A DNA stretch of 64,000 nt, taken from contig JBEKGS010000004.1 of the NCBI GenBank assembly GCA_050012675.1, positions 481 to 64,480 of the forward strand, given 5' to 3'. Of the stretch, positions 34,297 to 43,867 are shown one piece after another. This DNA comes from Acidimicrobiales bacterium (lineage in GTDB: Bacteria; Actinomycetota; Acidimicrobiia; Acidimicrobiales; Bog-793). The notes beneath the pieces are model-generated. The model ran no database searches and was not told the origin of the DNA. It saw nothing but the letters and a program-made list of their open reading frames with translations. Position 1 is the stretch's first letter; every line of letters begins with the position of its first letter. The position numbers and the translations under genes are program-made.

Positions 34297-36468
34297 CTAC
34301 GTGGACGCCAAGGCGTTGCGGAGTGTGACCGACGACGGCCTGCGGGCGCTGCTCGCAGACGCCGTGCCGTCGAGATCCTCTATCGGAAGGGGGTAAGCGT
34401 GGAAGAAGCCCTGACCCTGGTCGCAACGGAACCTTGCCAGCGCTTCGGCCTGAGACGCCGTCTCGATTCCTTCGGCGGTCACCCTCAAGTGCAAGGAGTG
34501 GGCGAGGTCGATGACGCCTCGGATCAAGCTGGCGCCGGCCTCCTCTGTGACTCGGTCGGTGAATGTCTTGTCGATCTTGACGCGGTCGACGGGTAACTCG
34601 TGGAGGTAGCTCAGCGATGAGTAGCCGGTTCCGAAGTCGTCGATGGCGATTGTCACCCCGAGCGCCTTTAGTCCTGCAATAGAGGAGCGAGCGAGGGCAA
34701 AGTTGGTTATGAGGGCTGTTTCGGTGATCTCGAGTTCTAGCAGGGACGCTGGAAAGCCTGTGGCCGAGAGGACGCTTGAGACGTCGTTTGCCAGTCGTGG
34801 ACGGGCGAGCTCGACCGCAGAGAGGTTCACGGCGATGCTGAGCGGTGTCTCGCGCTGCGAGAGCAGATTGGCGCCGTCGCTGCAGGCTCTTTCCAGCACC
34901 CATCGCGAGATGGGAGTGATCGCGCCGTTGCGTTCGGCGAGAGGGATGAACTTGCCCGGCGGGATCAAGCCGTCAGCGGGATGTTGCCAGCGCACCAGCG
35001 CCTCCAGGCCCCAGATCGTGCCGTCGTCGACATTGACGATCGGCTGATAGTGCAACCGGAGCTCGCCCCGTTCGGCGGCAAAGGAGACTTCGGCGCTGAG
35101 ACGGTCCCGTCTCGCCGCCTCCTGTTCGATCGACTCCTCCCACCACCTGGTCCGATTGCACCCCTCTGACTTGGCGAGGTACATCGCAGCATCGGCTCGG
35201 CGGATGAGCTCTTCGGCGTCGGCGTGTTCCGCCGCGGGCTCGCTGTTGCGGAACTCGTCGGCAGAGGCGATGCCCACGCTGCAGCTGATCCTGACATGCA
35301 GCCCGTCGATGACGATCTCTTCCAGTGCTTGGTGAATCCGCGAGGCAAACGCTGAGGCATCAGTGTGGCTTCGCAGTTGTTCGAGCAGGATGACGAACTC
35401 GTCCCCACCCATCCTCGCGACAGTGTCTCCAGCTCTGGTCTGAGCTTGAAGGACCGCCCCGACGGCTTGAAGGACGGCGTCTCCACTGGCATGCCCCCAG
35501 CCGTCATTGACCTTCTTGAAGCCGTCGAGGTCGATGTACAAGAGGGCCACGGAGTCCCCGGACCGACTCGCGGCAGCCAGGGCGTGCGTGACTCGGTCCT
35601 GCAGGAGCACACGGTTTGCCAGGCCCGTCAGCCCGTCGTGCAGGGCAAGGTGGCGCAACTTCTGCTCGAACGCATGATGCTCGCTGATGTCCCGATAGGT
35701 GAGCACCAGGCCGCCTATGCCCGCGTGCGAGCGCTGATCGGTTACGGCAATTGCGATCAGCAAGTAACCGCCCGTGGCACCGCGCAGCCGTACTTCGTCC
35801 CTGAAGGTCGTGTGGGGGTGGTGGCGCGCCTCCAACAGGAGCCTTTGCACAGTTGCCCAGTCGTCCAGGTGGACGTTGTCCAGACAGCTCCGGCCCATAG
35901 GGTCAGCAGCCTGATACCAACCCACCTCCCGGCCCGAGGAACTGGTGTAGTGGATGATCCCGGCCTCATCGACAACGAGGATGGCTTCACTCACGTTCTG
36001 TAGCAGAGCCTCCAGGCGTCCCGCCTGTTCGGTTTGAGCCCGTGCCAGTTGGGCGAGGAGGGTTGAGGTGGAGATCGTCATCGCAGCGCGACCTCCAGTC
36101 ACGAGGAGGTCGTCGTTGCTAGATATCTCCTCTGCCATCAGCTGCATGGCGGCTTCAACCGCGAGCATGTCCGCCTGAACGGTGAGACTGGCAGGAGCCG
36201 GTAACAATGCCGCCGGCTCTCTTGCGTACAGGGCCCAACCAAAGCCCATAGGACCGAGCAGAGTCTGGTAAAAAGCGGAACGATTTATCAGCTTCGTTGA
36301 ACCATCCGGACGTTTCAACACGACGCTGCGTCGTTCGTTGTCCTGGCGGAACCACTCATCTACTTCGCGGCATGCCAAGGTGTCCGACAAGGCCTGCCTC
36401 TGTGTCGCGAGCGTGCCGACGGTCACCGATGCCGCGAAGCCACTCTGCATGCCCTGGGTAATCGGCAA
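34297..36468 (-). CDS. PAS-GGDEF-EAL signalling protein (diguanylate cyclase/c-di-GMP phosphodiesterase)
   Basis: 'LTGLANRVLL', 'VALLYIDLDGFKKVNDGWGHASGD', 'ARMGGDEFVILL'. EAL domain: 'LHYQPIV...LEALVRW', 'SIAVNLS', 'ELEITE', 'IAIDDFGTGYSSLSYL', 'KIDKTF', 'AEGIET..Q'. The first codon in the track is TTG; ATG 36450 is an alternative. Confidence 0.9.
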   Translation of the reverse strand: MPITQGMQSGFAASVTVGTLATQRQALSDTLACREVDEWFRQDNERRSVVLKRPDGSTKLINRSAFYQTLLGPMGFGWALYAREPAALLPAPASLTVQADMLAVEAAMQLMAEEISSNDDLLVTGGRAAMTISTSTLLAQLARAQTEQAGRLEALLQNVSEAILVVDEAGIIHYTSSSGREVGWYQAADPMGRSCLDNVHLDDWATVQRLLLEARHHPHTTFRDEVRLRGATGGYLLIAIAVTDQRSHAGIGGLVLTYRDISEHHAFEQKLRHLALHDGLTGLANRVLLQDRVTHALAAASRSGDSVALLYIDLDGFKKVNDGWGHASGDAVLQAVGAVLQAQTRAGDTVARMGGDEFVILLEQLRSHTDASAFASRIHQALEEIVIDGLHVRISCSVGIASADEFRNSEPAAEHADAEELIRRADAAMYLAKSEGCNRTRWWEESIEQEAARRDRLSAEVSFAAERGELRLHYQPIVNVDDGTIWGLEALVRWQHPADGLIPPGKFIPLAERNGAITPISRWVLERACSDGANLLSQRETPLSIAVNLSAVELARPRLANDVSSVLSATGFPASLLELEITETALITNFALARSSIAGLKALGVTIAIDDFGTGYSSLSYLHELPVDRVKIDKTFTDRVTEEAGASLIRGVIDLAHSLHLRVTAEGIETASQAEALARFRCDQGQGFFHAYPLPIEDLDGTASASSARRPSSVTLRNALAST

Positions 36469-36961
36469 TTAGCGACACCATCTTGAGAGTAAGGCCGAAA
36501 TGTGAACCAATGGTTACCTGGCGTTCACCTGGGGAGGGTCTGTCGGCTCGCTGGCTCGGCGGCGAGCAGAGGATGAGCTGGGCCTGCCTGCCTGTAGCTG
36601 CACGAACGCACCTCAGGCGGTGTGGGACGCACGGACGTGCGTTTGTTATGGGCGTACAAGGTTTCGAAAGAGGAATGTACCGATACCGGTTGGCAATGAG
36701 TGCTTGCACATTCGTCGGTCACAAGCCGAGCCTCGAAAGCGCTGTTCTGCAGCAAGCAAGGACGTGGGAATCGCGAGGTCGATTCCTCTGCTTACAAGTT
36801 CAATCTAGAGTGTACAAAAGTGCGCGGGAAGGGCCTCAAGCTGTCGCGGGCACAGGGCACGAACCGTGAACGTGCAAGCATGTTGCCGCTTCGGCCTTGG
36901 GACAAAAGAGCGACAGTGTTAGTACGAACCTCCAGTGAATCAGGGATGCGAGAACGCGGCG

Positions 36962-38467
36962 TCACCGCTGTGTCGGCAAGTTTCTCGGCGGAGTGAGGGC
37001 CGGCGGGCCTCCCCTTGTCGGCGCTGGCCCGGTTCTCGACGCTGGTGGTGGCGTGTAGAAGCCGTTTGGGGCTTTGGTGCCGGACCCGGACGGATTCGGC
37101 CCCGAGCCTCCATTGCCTCCCGGAGGCCCTCCCGGGAGCCCGCCGATTCCATTGGGCCCGACCGCCGCCGCCGCCGTGAGACTCCGGAAGGATGCGAATC
37201 CTCCAATAGCGACCACGATGAGCACCGCGGCAGGGACCCATTTCGGAACTTGCGTCAGCAACCAGGCGCCGAGCAGGGCGATGAGGCCGATGGAGGGGAG
37301 ATAGAAGCGGATGAGGTGGATGCCGCCTCCGCCGCCAGCGCCGAGGCCGCCGCCTGCTGAGCCGGTTTGGGCGGTCCAGGTGTAGGCCGAATAGAGTCCC
37401 CAGAGCCCGAGCCATCCGGCGGCGAGCACCAGGCCGATGATGGCGTCGCGTCGGAACTTGGTCCTGGAGCCCGGATCGACGATAGGCGAGCGGCTCCGCA
37501 CCACCCTGACGGCCATCCAGACCAGGGCCGCCAGTCCCAACACGAGTGCGGGCATCGCCTTGACCAGGTTCGGCGGCATGATCTTGAGGTTGGGGATGAT
37601 CGCTCGAAGGGCGAAGGTGATCTCGCCTGCGCCGTAGCCAGTCTTGAGGGCTCCTCCATAGAAGGCCTCGTCGAAAGTCATCACGCCGCCGGCGAAGGCC
37701 ACGACCGAGCCGAGCCACCACGCCATCGACCGGGGCGAGATCCGAGCCTTCTTGAACGTGAGCACTGCCGCGACCACCGCCACCAGGAGCATCACTAGAT
37801 CGGTGTAACGGATGAAGACCGCTGCCTCGAGAGAGACGAAACCTAGGAAGCCGAAGAAGCTCCGGCGTCGCGGCGAGGCGTCGTCGGCCAGGAAGGTCCA
37901 CAGGAGTGCCCCGGCACCGGCAGCGACCAGGGCGGCATCGGTGAACGAAGGCATTGTCGGGCGCCACGCGAAGGAAATCGCCGCCCCCGAGGAGACGAAC
38001 AGGACGACGGCGAAGGTGCCGCCCCAGTTCCCTAGCCAGCGACGGCCGGCGACAAACAGGCTCGTCGACGCCAGGGCACCTGCGAACAGCGGTGCCGCCC
38101 GCAAGATCCCCAAAATCTGGAACAGTGCTGAGTAAAAGGGGTAGCCCGGGTTCTTCTCGCTCATCCAACGACCGTTGGACAGGTGGATCCACTGCATGAT
38201 CCCCGTGCCGTCACGAGCGCTCAGTTGTGCCGAGAGAGCGTCGTACTGCGCGGTCGACAAAGTGATGTGGCCGTGGGTGAGCGCGATGATCGACGCCAGG
38301 TAGGCGGAATCGTCCGGCTCCAGCAGCTTGGTCGCCTTTGCGAGCACAGCTATGCAAAACAGCACGAAGGCGCCGACGGCCACGGCGACCTCCGCAGTCG
38401 GAAAGCGCCGTGGCGCGTCCCGGTGGGCGGGGGTCAACTCTTCGGCGACAAGGGTGTCAGCGCGCAC
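36962..38467 (-). CDS. Polytopic membrane protein, possibly a GT-C-fold glycosyltransferase (PMT/ArnT-like), with a Gly/Pro-rich C-terminal tail
   Basis: More than 10 hydrophobic helices. The first-loop acidic motif 'LLEPDDSAYL' sits where GT-C enzymes carry their catalytic Asp/Glu. The tail is '...GGLPGGPPGGNGGSGPNPSGSGTKAPNGFYTPPPASRTGPAPTRGGPP'. The functional call is weak. Confidence 0.55.
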   Translation of the reverse strand: MRADTLVAEELTPAHRDAPRRFPTAEVAVAVGAFVLFCIAVLAKATKLLEPDDSAYLASIIALTHGHITLSTAQYDALSAQLSARDGTGIMQWIHLSNGRWMSEKNPGYPFYSALFQILGILRAAPLFAGALASTSLFVAGRRWLGNWGGTFAVVLFVSSGAAISFAWRPTMPSFTDAALVAAGAGALLWTFLADDASPRRRSFFGFLGFVSLEAAVFIRYTDLVMLLVAVVAAVLTFKKARISPRSMAWWLGSVVAFAGGVMTFDEAFYGGALKTGYGAGEITFALRAIIPNLKIMPPNLVKAMPALVLGLAALVWMAVRVVRSRSPIVDPGSRTKFRRDAIIGLVLAAGWLGLWGLYSAYTWTAQTGSAGGGLGAGGGGGIHLIRFYLPSIGLIALLGAWLLTQVPKWVPAAVLIVVAIGGFASFRSLTAAAAVGPNGIGGLPGGPPGGNGGSGPNPSGSGTKAPNGFYTPPPASRTGPAPTRGGPPALTPPRNLPTQR

Positions 38468-38579
38468 GGCTCTGCTTTCCGGGGTCCGGTCTGAGCATGC
38501 CGCTAAAGCTGACAGGCAATCCTGGGAACCGGCTGGGCGGTCGGACAGGGCTTGCTGTGACCGGCCGGCAGTGCCGTGC

Positions 38580-39470
38580 TCAGCGAGGAGGCCCGGCTGC
38601 CACGACCGCCTCGACCTCCGCCGCCGGCGGTTCGCCGCGGCCGAACGATTCGAGCCACCACGTCATGCCGGCCTCAGCGAGCACCGCGAACCGCGACGTG
38701 AGCTCGTGAGCGGGCACGCGACGGGACGTGCCCCGACAGATGATGTCGATGCCAGTCGGGCCTTTCTCGGCGACGAGCTTGGCCCGCACGGCCGCCACCT
38801 GCTCGGGCTCGGGCAAGCCCGGCATCTGACTGCGTGCGTCATCGAACAGCGGGAAGCAGCCCTGGTTGCGCGCCGCCCGGGCGAGGGGACGACGGTTAGG
38901 CCACCGGCAGGCAACCCAGACTGGCAGGGGCTGTTGTACGGGTCTCGGGAGAAACGCGGTGCTGTTCACCCAGATCCGTTCCCCTTCGTACTCGACCGGC
39001 TCTCCGGACCACAGACGCCTCAAGATCTCGAGAGAGTCGTCGAGGAAGGACGCTCTTTCCACCGCGTCGACGATTTCGCCGGAGAACGAGCTGAACTCCT
39101 TGTGTCCGTCGTGGCCGAGTCCGACACCGACGTCGAGCCGGCCCCCCGACAGCCGGTCGAGCGTGGCGGCCTGCCGGGCGAACACCCATGGCCGACGGCG
39201 GGCGAGAGGAGTGACCATCATGCCGAGGCGGATGCGCTCGGTCGCCTGGGCGATGGCAGCCGCCATCACGAACGAGTCGGCCACGGCCATCACTGGGGTC
39301 GTCAATATGTGGTCCCACAGGTACAAGCCGTCCCATCCGGCCGCTTCCGCGGATTGCGCGAGCGCGACGAGTCGCTTCGGCTCTGCGAATTCGTCGAACG
39401 GGGGGAGGAAGACTCCGTAGGAGAGGGGCTTGTTTCCCGGGCTGTGCCCGCGAGGTTCTTGGTTCGCCAT
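38580..39470 (-). CDS. Luciferase-like monooxygenase (LLM) class flavin/F420-dependent oxidoreductase
   Basis: 'YGVFLPPFDEFAEPKRLVALAQSAEAAGWDGLYLWDHI', 'SGGRLDVGVGLG'. TIM-barrel LLM pattern. Confidence 0.8.
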   Translation of the reverse strand: MANQEPRGHSPGNKPLSYGVFLPPFDEFAEPKRLVALAQSAEAAGWDGLYLWDHILTTPVMAVADSFVMAAAIAQATERIRLGMMVTPLARRRPWVFARQAATLDRLSGGRLDVGVGLGHDGHKEFSSFSGEIVDAVERASFLDDSLEILRRLWSGEPVEYEGERIWVNSTAFLPRPVQQPLPVWVACRWPNRRPLARAARNQGCFPLFDDARSQMPGLPEPEQVAAVRAKLVAEKGPTGIDIICRGTSRRVPAHELTSRFAVLAEAGMTWWLESFGRGEPPAAEVEAVVAAGPPR

Positions 39471-39593
39471 TAGGCCGGGACGGTACTCGATGCGGCGCGG
39501 GCGCGCTGTCTAGGTTGCGTGTTCGAGAGACTGTGCCCTGGACATCCGTCCTCGACTTGGGCGAGCCTTCCGCGCCGGGCAACTCGGGACCGG

Positions 39594-40610
39594 TTAGCTG
39601 CCATCCGCCGAAACCGCCACCTGTGTAGGACCATGGCCCAACCATGTGAGGGCGATGCCGGCAAGCGCCCAAACCCCCAGCACGAGCAGCGGTGCGGACG
39701 CCTTGGCGCCATCGAAGAAGGCGACTGACCTAAGCCCCGTGTTGGTTGCCCCGACCGGCAGGTACTGGGCGAGATGACCCCACGGGGCCGGCATGAGCTG
39801 CCAGGCCGTCGTGGCGCCCGAGAAGGCGAAACCGAAGAACCACGCCACAAGGAGCGTGAGAAGGATGCCCGCGATGCCGGCGAGAGCGGCCAGTCCGCAG
39901 GTGACGGCCGCGATCGACCCGGCGCCGAGGGTGACCACGAGCTCGTTGGAGAAAAAGGCGCCGGTCAAGCCGCCGATGAAGCCTTGGAGGGCCAAAGTCA
40001 CGAGCACACCTGCGAGGACGGCATAACCGGTCAGTGCTGCGAGTTGTCTGCGCCTGTCACCCAACCGGAGGCCAATGACGGCACCTGCTGCGATCGAGGT
40101 CATCGTAAGGGGGATAAGCGCCGTCGGGATCGAGGTCCCCTTGGGGTCGTCCACAGGGTTCGGGGCCAGGTCGACCGTGACCACGGTGGTATCCGGGCGC
40201 AGGTGGGCAATTGCCGCGGGCAGGGCTTGGCTCAATAGCTGCGCGACACTCGGGCTTGCCTCCGAGGCCGTGTAGAGCGTCGCACCGTGGCTCGAAAGTG
40301 AGACTGCTCCGTAGACACGTCTGTTGATGACCGCGCCGCGCGCCGCCGCGTCGTTGCTGAGCATCATGACTCTGAAGGCACCCGGCTGCGCGTGCTCCAG
40401 ACCGCGGGCCAGTGCTCCGGCGGCCTGGGTGGGACCGGACACGGCGAGCGGGAGGTTGCGCGGGGCCGCTCGCGAGGACGACCAGGCGAACATGAGAACC
40501 AGAAGGAACTGCGCCGCAACGATCGCGCTCACGGCGATGAGGACCACGAAGGTCGGCCGACGCCCTCCATCGCGCGGTCGCTGGACACCGGGGTGAGAGA
40601 TATCTGACAT
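39594..40610 (-). CDS. ABC-2/YhgE-Pip-like membrane protein (N-terminal TM, extracytoplasmic domain, C-terminal TM bundle)
   Basis: The topology reads TM ('FVVLIAVSAIVAAQFLLVLMFAW'), then about 150 aa soluble ('NLPLAVSGPTQAAGALARGLE...'), then five TMs. This is typical of DUF3533/YhgE-type permease-like proteins. No partner ATPase is adjacent. Confidence 0.5.
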   Translation of the reverse strand: MSDISHPGVQRPRDGGRRPTFVVLIAVSAIVAAQFLLVLMFAWSSSRAAPRNLPLAVSGPTQAAGALARGLEHAQPGAFRVMMLSNDAAARGAVINRRVYGAVSLSSHGATLYTASEASPSVAQLLSQALPAAIAHLRPDTTVVTVDLAPNPVDDPKGTSIPTALIPLTMTSIAAGAVIGLRLGDRRRQLAALTGYAVLAGVLVTLALQGFIGGLTGAFFSNELVVTLGAGSIAAVTCGLAALAGIAGILLTLLVAWFFGFAFSGATTAWQLMPAPWGHLAQYLPVGATNTGLRSVAFFDGAKASAPLLVLGVWALAGIALTWLGHGPTQVAVSADGS

Positions 40611-40781
40611 GACCCTCCAATACCGAACGGTCTTTTGTCATGGCGTCTGTATCTGCGCGACACCCTAGGTTCCAAGCCCACCCGCGCACCTAATCGGACC
40701 ACGCCCTAGCCAGCCCGGGCGCCCCTCGTGCCGTCCAGGGTGGCTAGGTTGGCCTCATCGACTGGACTACGGGAGGTATTG

Positions 40782-41102
40782 ATGCTGATCTCGACGATGA
40801 ACGACCTGCCGGGCAGTGAGGTCACGGAGGTCCTGGGCGAGGTTTTCGGACTGACGGTGCGCAGCCGCAACATAGGGTCCCAACTCGGGGCCGGTTTCAA
40901 GTCGCTGGCTGGTGGCGAGCTCAAAGGCATGACGAAGAACCTGATCGCCAGTCGCCAGGAAGTGACACAGCGCATGGTGGACGAGGCAGAAGCCAAGGGC
41001 GCCGACGCCATCTTGGCCATGCGCTTCGACACCTCGGAGATGGGTGGCAACTGGACCGAGATCTGCGCTTACGGCACGGCTGTGAAACTCCGGAAGATCT
41101 AG
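40782..41102 (+). CDS. ybjQ: YbjQ-family (UPF0145) protein
   Basis: 'MLISTMNDLPGSEVTEVLGEVFGLTVRSRNIG...GGE...ASRQEVTQRMVDEAEAKGADAILAMRFDTSEM...EICAYGTAVKL' matches the YbjQ pattern. GGGAGG RBS 5 nt upstream of the ATG at 40782. Confidence 0.8.
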   Translation: MLISTMNDLPGSEVTEVLGEVFGLTVRSRNIGSQLGAGFKSLAGGELKGMTKNLIASRQEVTQRMVDEAEAKGADAILAMRFDTSEMGGNWTEICAYGTAVKLRKI

Positions 41103-41163
41103 TCGCTTGCGACGGGCGCGGGCGTCCCGGTTGGCGGTCTGCGTCAGGTAGGGTCCGCCGAGC

Positions 41164-43707
41164 TCATTCCGCCCGAAGCACGAGGGCGGTCGGCGTCCGG
41201 GCAGCCATACGACCGGGGACGGCGGCCACGAGGTTCGCCAGCACCAATGCCGCGACGCCGACCACGAAGACCTGCAGGACCGGCACCGATGGCTCCGGCA
41301 CGGCGTTGATGTCGCGGGCGAACAGGACCCAGAGCCACCGGCCGAGAGCGATCCCGACTGGCACGCCGATGACGATCCCGACGATCGCCGCCACCGACGC
41401 CTGCCAGGCGACTGTGACCGCCAGTTGGCGGCGCGTGAACCCGAACGTCTTGAGCAGGGCAAGATCGCGACGTCGGCGGCGAACAGAAGCCGCGAGCGTG
41501 ATCGAGAGGGCCACAACCGCTCCAGCAGCGAGCGCGGCGGCCAACAGACCGGGTGTGTCGCCGGTCGACTCGTAGTTGACGATCTCGGCGGGACGCTGGA
41601 CACCAAGGACGTTGAAGGTGCTGCCTGCTGTCTCCGGGTCGTTGGCGATCACCTTGTCGGTCGCTTCGACCACCTTTTGCAGGGACGCCAGCGCGGCGGC
41701 GGCGGGGACACCGGCGCGTGTCCGTACCACAACGACAGCCGGGCCGTTCTCGTTGGGGTCGGGCTGGGTCAGGGCCCGTCTGAGCGCCGGTGGCTCAATG
41801 CCCTGAGCGATCACAGCTCCCGTGCCCATCGAGGGGTGAAGGGCCCCGCTGGTCCCGACAGCCGGCATCGTGGCGGTGCCCACTACCACGAGGTTTGTCG
41901 GCGGCAAATACACCGGGGCATCGTTGGGCGACCCATAGCTGGCGACGACCTTGTCCCCGATCTTCGCGTGCAATTGGGCGAGGGTGGCCGCTCCGAGGAC
42001 TATCTGGTTCTTCGCGCGGATGGCGTGGCCCGACAGGATCGGCGGGCCCACCTTTGCGTTCGCCGAGGCCATGAGGGCCGGAACGGTCTGGCCGTCGATC
42101 TGGATGTTCGCGAAACCGAAGCCGGACCATGACGCCACGTCCGGGTCGCGGTCTAGTAGTTGCCGAGTTATGGGAGGCACATTGTTTCCGCCGGGCGAGT
42201 CGATGGCGTAATTCCAGTTCCAACCATAGAGAGCAGGGTGCGACACCAAGGTGCTGAGCCCGCTCCCGAAGGTGACGGTCGCCACTACGACCACCACCGC
42301 CAGCACGCCCCCGACCAGGGCAGAACGAACCGGTACCGCCGTTCTGCCGCGTCCCCGCTCGAGAGAGAATCGCAGGCCGGCCACAGCCGGGGCTGACAGG
42401 CCCGTGCGCGCGGCAAGATTGGCGACTCCCGAGCGTCGTTCGACTGGTTCGATCCGTTCGCCGGGGCGCCTGCGCATTGCCCTTTGGTAGCTGAGAGCAA
42501 CTGTGAGGGCTCCGAGGCCCGCGACTAGTACGCAAAACCCCGTGCCGAGGACCACCCAGTCGAAGGCGACGCCTGGTGCGGGGTCGACCTGACGGGGAGG
42601 CCCGACCGGTGCCAGGGGAGACAGCGCCAGTGCCACGCCGACAGACAACAGTGCCCCGAGGACAACTGCACCAAGAGGCCCGAGCATCGCTCCCCGTCTC
42701 AGTGTCGACGGGTCGGCGCCGAGCGCCCGCAGGACCTCGAGGTCTTGAGCGTCCTGCCAAAGGCCGCGGCTGATGGCGAGGCCGCCTATCAAAAGGGCGA
42801 CGAGGCTGGCGATGGCCCCGAAGACACCGAGCGCGATCGCCTCGGGCTTGCTGGCCCGCTCCACTTGTCCTTCGGTGACAGATGTGACGTGGAAGCTGTA
42901 GACGCTTCCGCTCGGGAGGAGCCGGATGACCTCTCTTTCCACGGCCGCGACGTCGGCGCTGCCGTGCTCGAGCCTGAGCCCGTAGGACGGGTACGCCAGG
43001 CTCGCGCGGAGTCGATCCGTGAGCGCCGGTGTCATGAGAACGTAGGTCGGGTAACGGTCGACGTCGTCGTTGATGATCTGGCTCGGGAACACGACGACTC
43101 CGACGAGCTTGGCTGAGAACCGCGTCGCCGGCTCGGCGGTCAGCGGGTCGGCTCCGCCTGCGATCTGCGCCACGCTGAAAGCACCGAAGCGGACGGTCTG
43201 ACCGAGGTGCCAGCCCGACATACGTGCCGCCGTGGCCGTGGCCACCATCTCGTCCGGACTCGCCGGGTCGGCCATCCGGCCCTTGGCCACGGTCAGGCGG
43301 TCCTGAGTGAAGTACTCGCCGCCTACGCTGCCGATCGCCGAGACGAAGTCGTCATTCACGGCGGAGGCAAGTGGCTTGCCGTCCCGGCCGAGTGGCACGA
43401 CGAGAAGGTTCGGGGCGCTCGCCACAGCTTTGACGAGAGGGAGGCGGGCGAGCTTCTCGGTCAAGCTCCCACCTCCGATGCCGTCGAGAACCGTGATGTC
43501 GTAGGTCTGGACACGCAGGTCCGAGGCGTCCGTGGCGGCCAGGTATGCCGGAAAGGCGGACTGCGTGCGACGGGCACCTGCTATCGCGGCCATCCCGAGG
43601 CCGGCCACGAGCCCCAGGAGCAGGACCAAGGCGACATAGCCGCTCCAGCGTCGGTGCAAAGTGGCGCAAAAGCGGTACCAGGCGACGCGCCATGCCCGGC
43701 CGCTCAT
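41164..43707 (-). CDS. FtsX-family ABC transporter permease with duplicated FtsX domains (MacB/DevC-like, 847 aa), no adjacent ATPase gene
   Basis: N-terminal 'AWYRFCATLHRRWSGYVALVLLLGLVAGLGMAAIAGARR', large extracytoplasmic regions, and two 'LRALGA../LKTFGFTRRQL' FtsX blocks each followed by three TMs. ATG 43707 chosen; the track ORF extends to 44070. Confidence 0.8.
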   Translation of the reverse strand: MSGRAWRVAWYRFCATLHRRWSGYVALVLLLGLVAGLGMAAIAGARRTQSAFPAYLAATDASDLRVQTYDITVLDGIGGGSLTEKLARLPLVKAVASAPNLLVVPLGRDGKPLASAVNDDFVSAIGSVGGEYFTQDRLTVAKGRMADPASPDEMVATATAARMSGWHLGQTVRFGAFSVAQIAGGADPLTAEPATRFSAKLVGVVVFPSQIINDDVDRYPTYVLMTPALTDRLRASLAYPSYGLRLEHGSADVAAVEREVIRLLPSGSVYSFHVTSVTEGQVERASKPEAIALGVFGAIASLVALLIGGLAISRGLWQDAQDLEVLRALGADPSTLRRGAMLGPLGAVVLGALLSVGVALALSPLAPVGPPRQVDPAPGVAFDWVVLGTGFCVLVAGLGALTVALSYQRAMRRRPGERIEPVERRSGVANLAARTGLSAPAVAGLRFSLERGRGRTAVPVRSALVGGVLAVVVVVATVTFGSGLSTLVSHPALYGWNWNYAIDSPGGNNVPPITRQLLDRDPDVASWSGFGFANIQIDGQTVPALMASANAKVGPPILSGHAIRAKNQIVLGAATLAQLHAKIGDKVVASYGSPNDAPVYLPPTNLVVVGTATMPAVGTSGALHPSMGTGAVIAQGIEPPALRRALTQPDPNENGPAVVVVRTRAGVPAAAALASLQKVVEATDKVIANDPETAGSTFNVLGVQRPAEIVNYESTGDTPGLLAAALAAGAVVALSITLAASVRRRRRDLALLKTFGFTRRQLAVTVAWQASVAAIVGIVIGVPVGIALGRWLWVLFARDINAVPEPSVPVLQVFVVGVAALVLANLVAAVPGRMAARTPTALVLRAE

Positions 43708-43867
43708 TACGACGTTCGAGTTGGTCACCTGCGCGTTACCCCCTGCGCCGACGGCACCGATTCCCCCTCGCCAGATCATGGGCGCGCACGTGCTCAAGGT
43801 GGAGGTGGCCAGCGCCTTCGGCCATGTCGTGCTAGCACCACTGGCCGGGACCCGGCAGGATGGGGTC

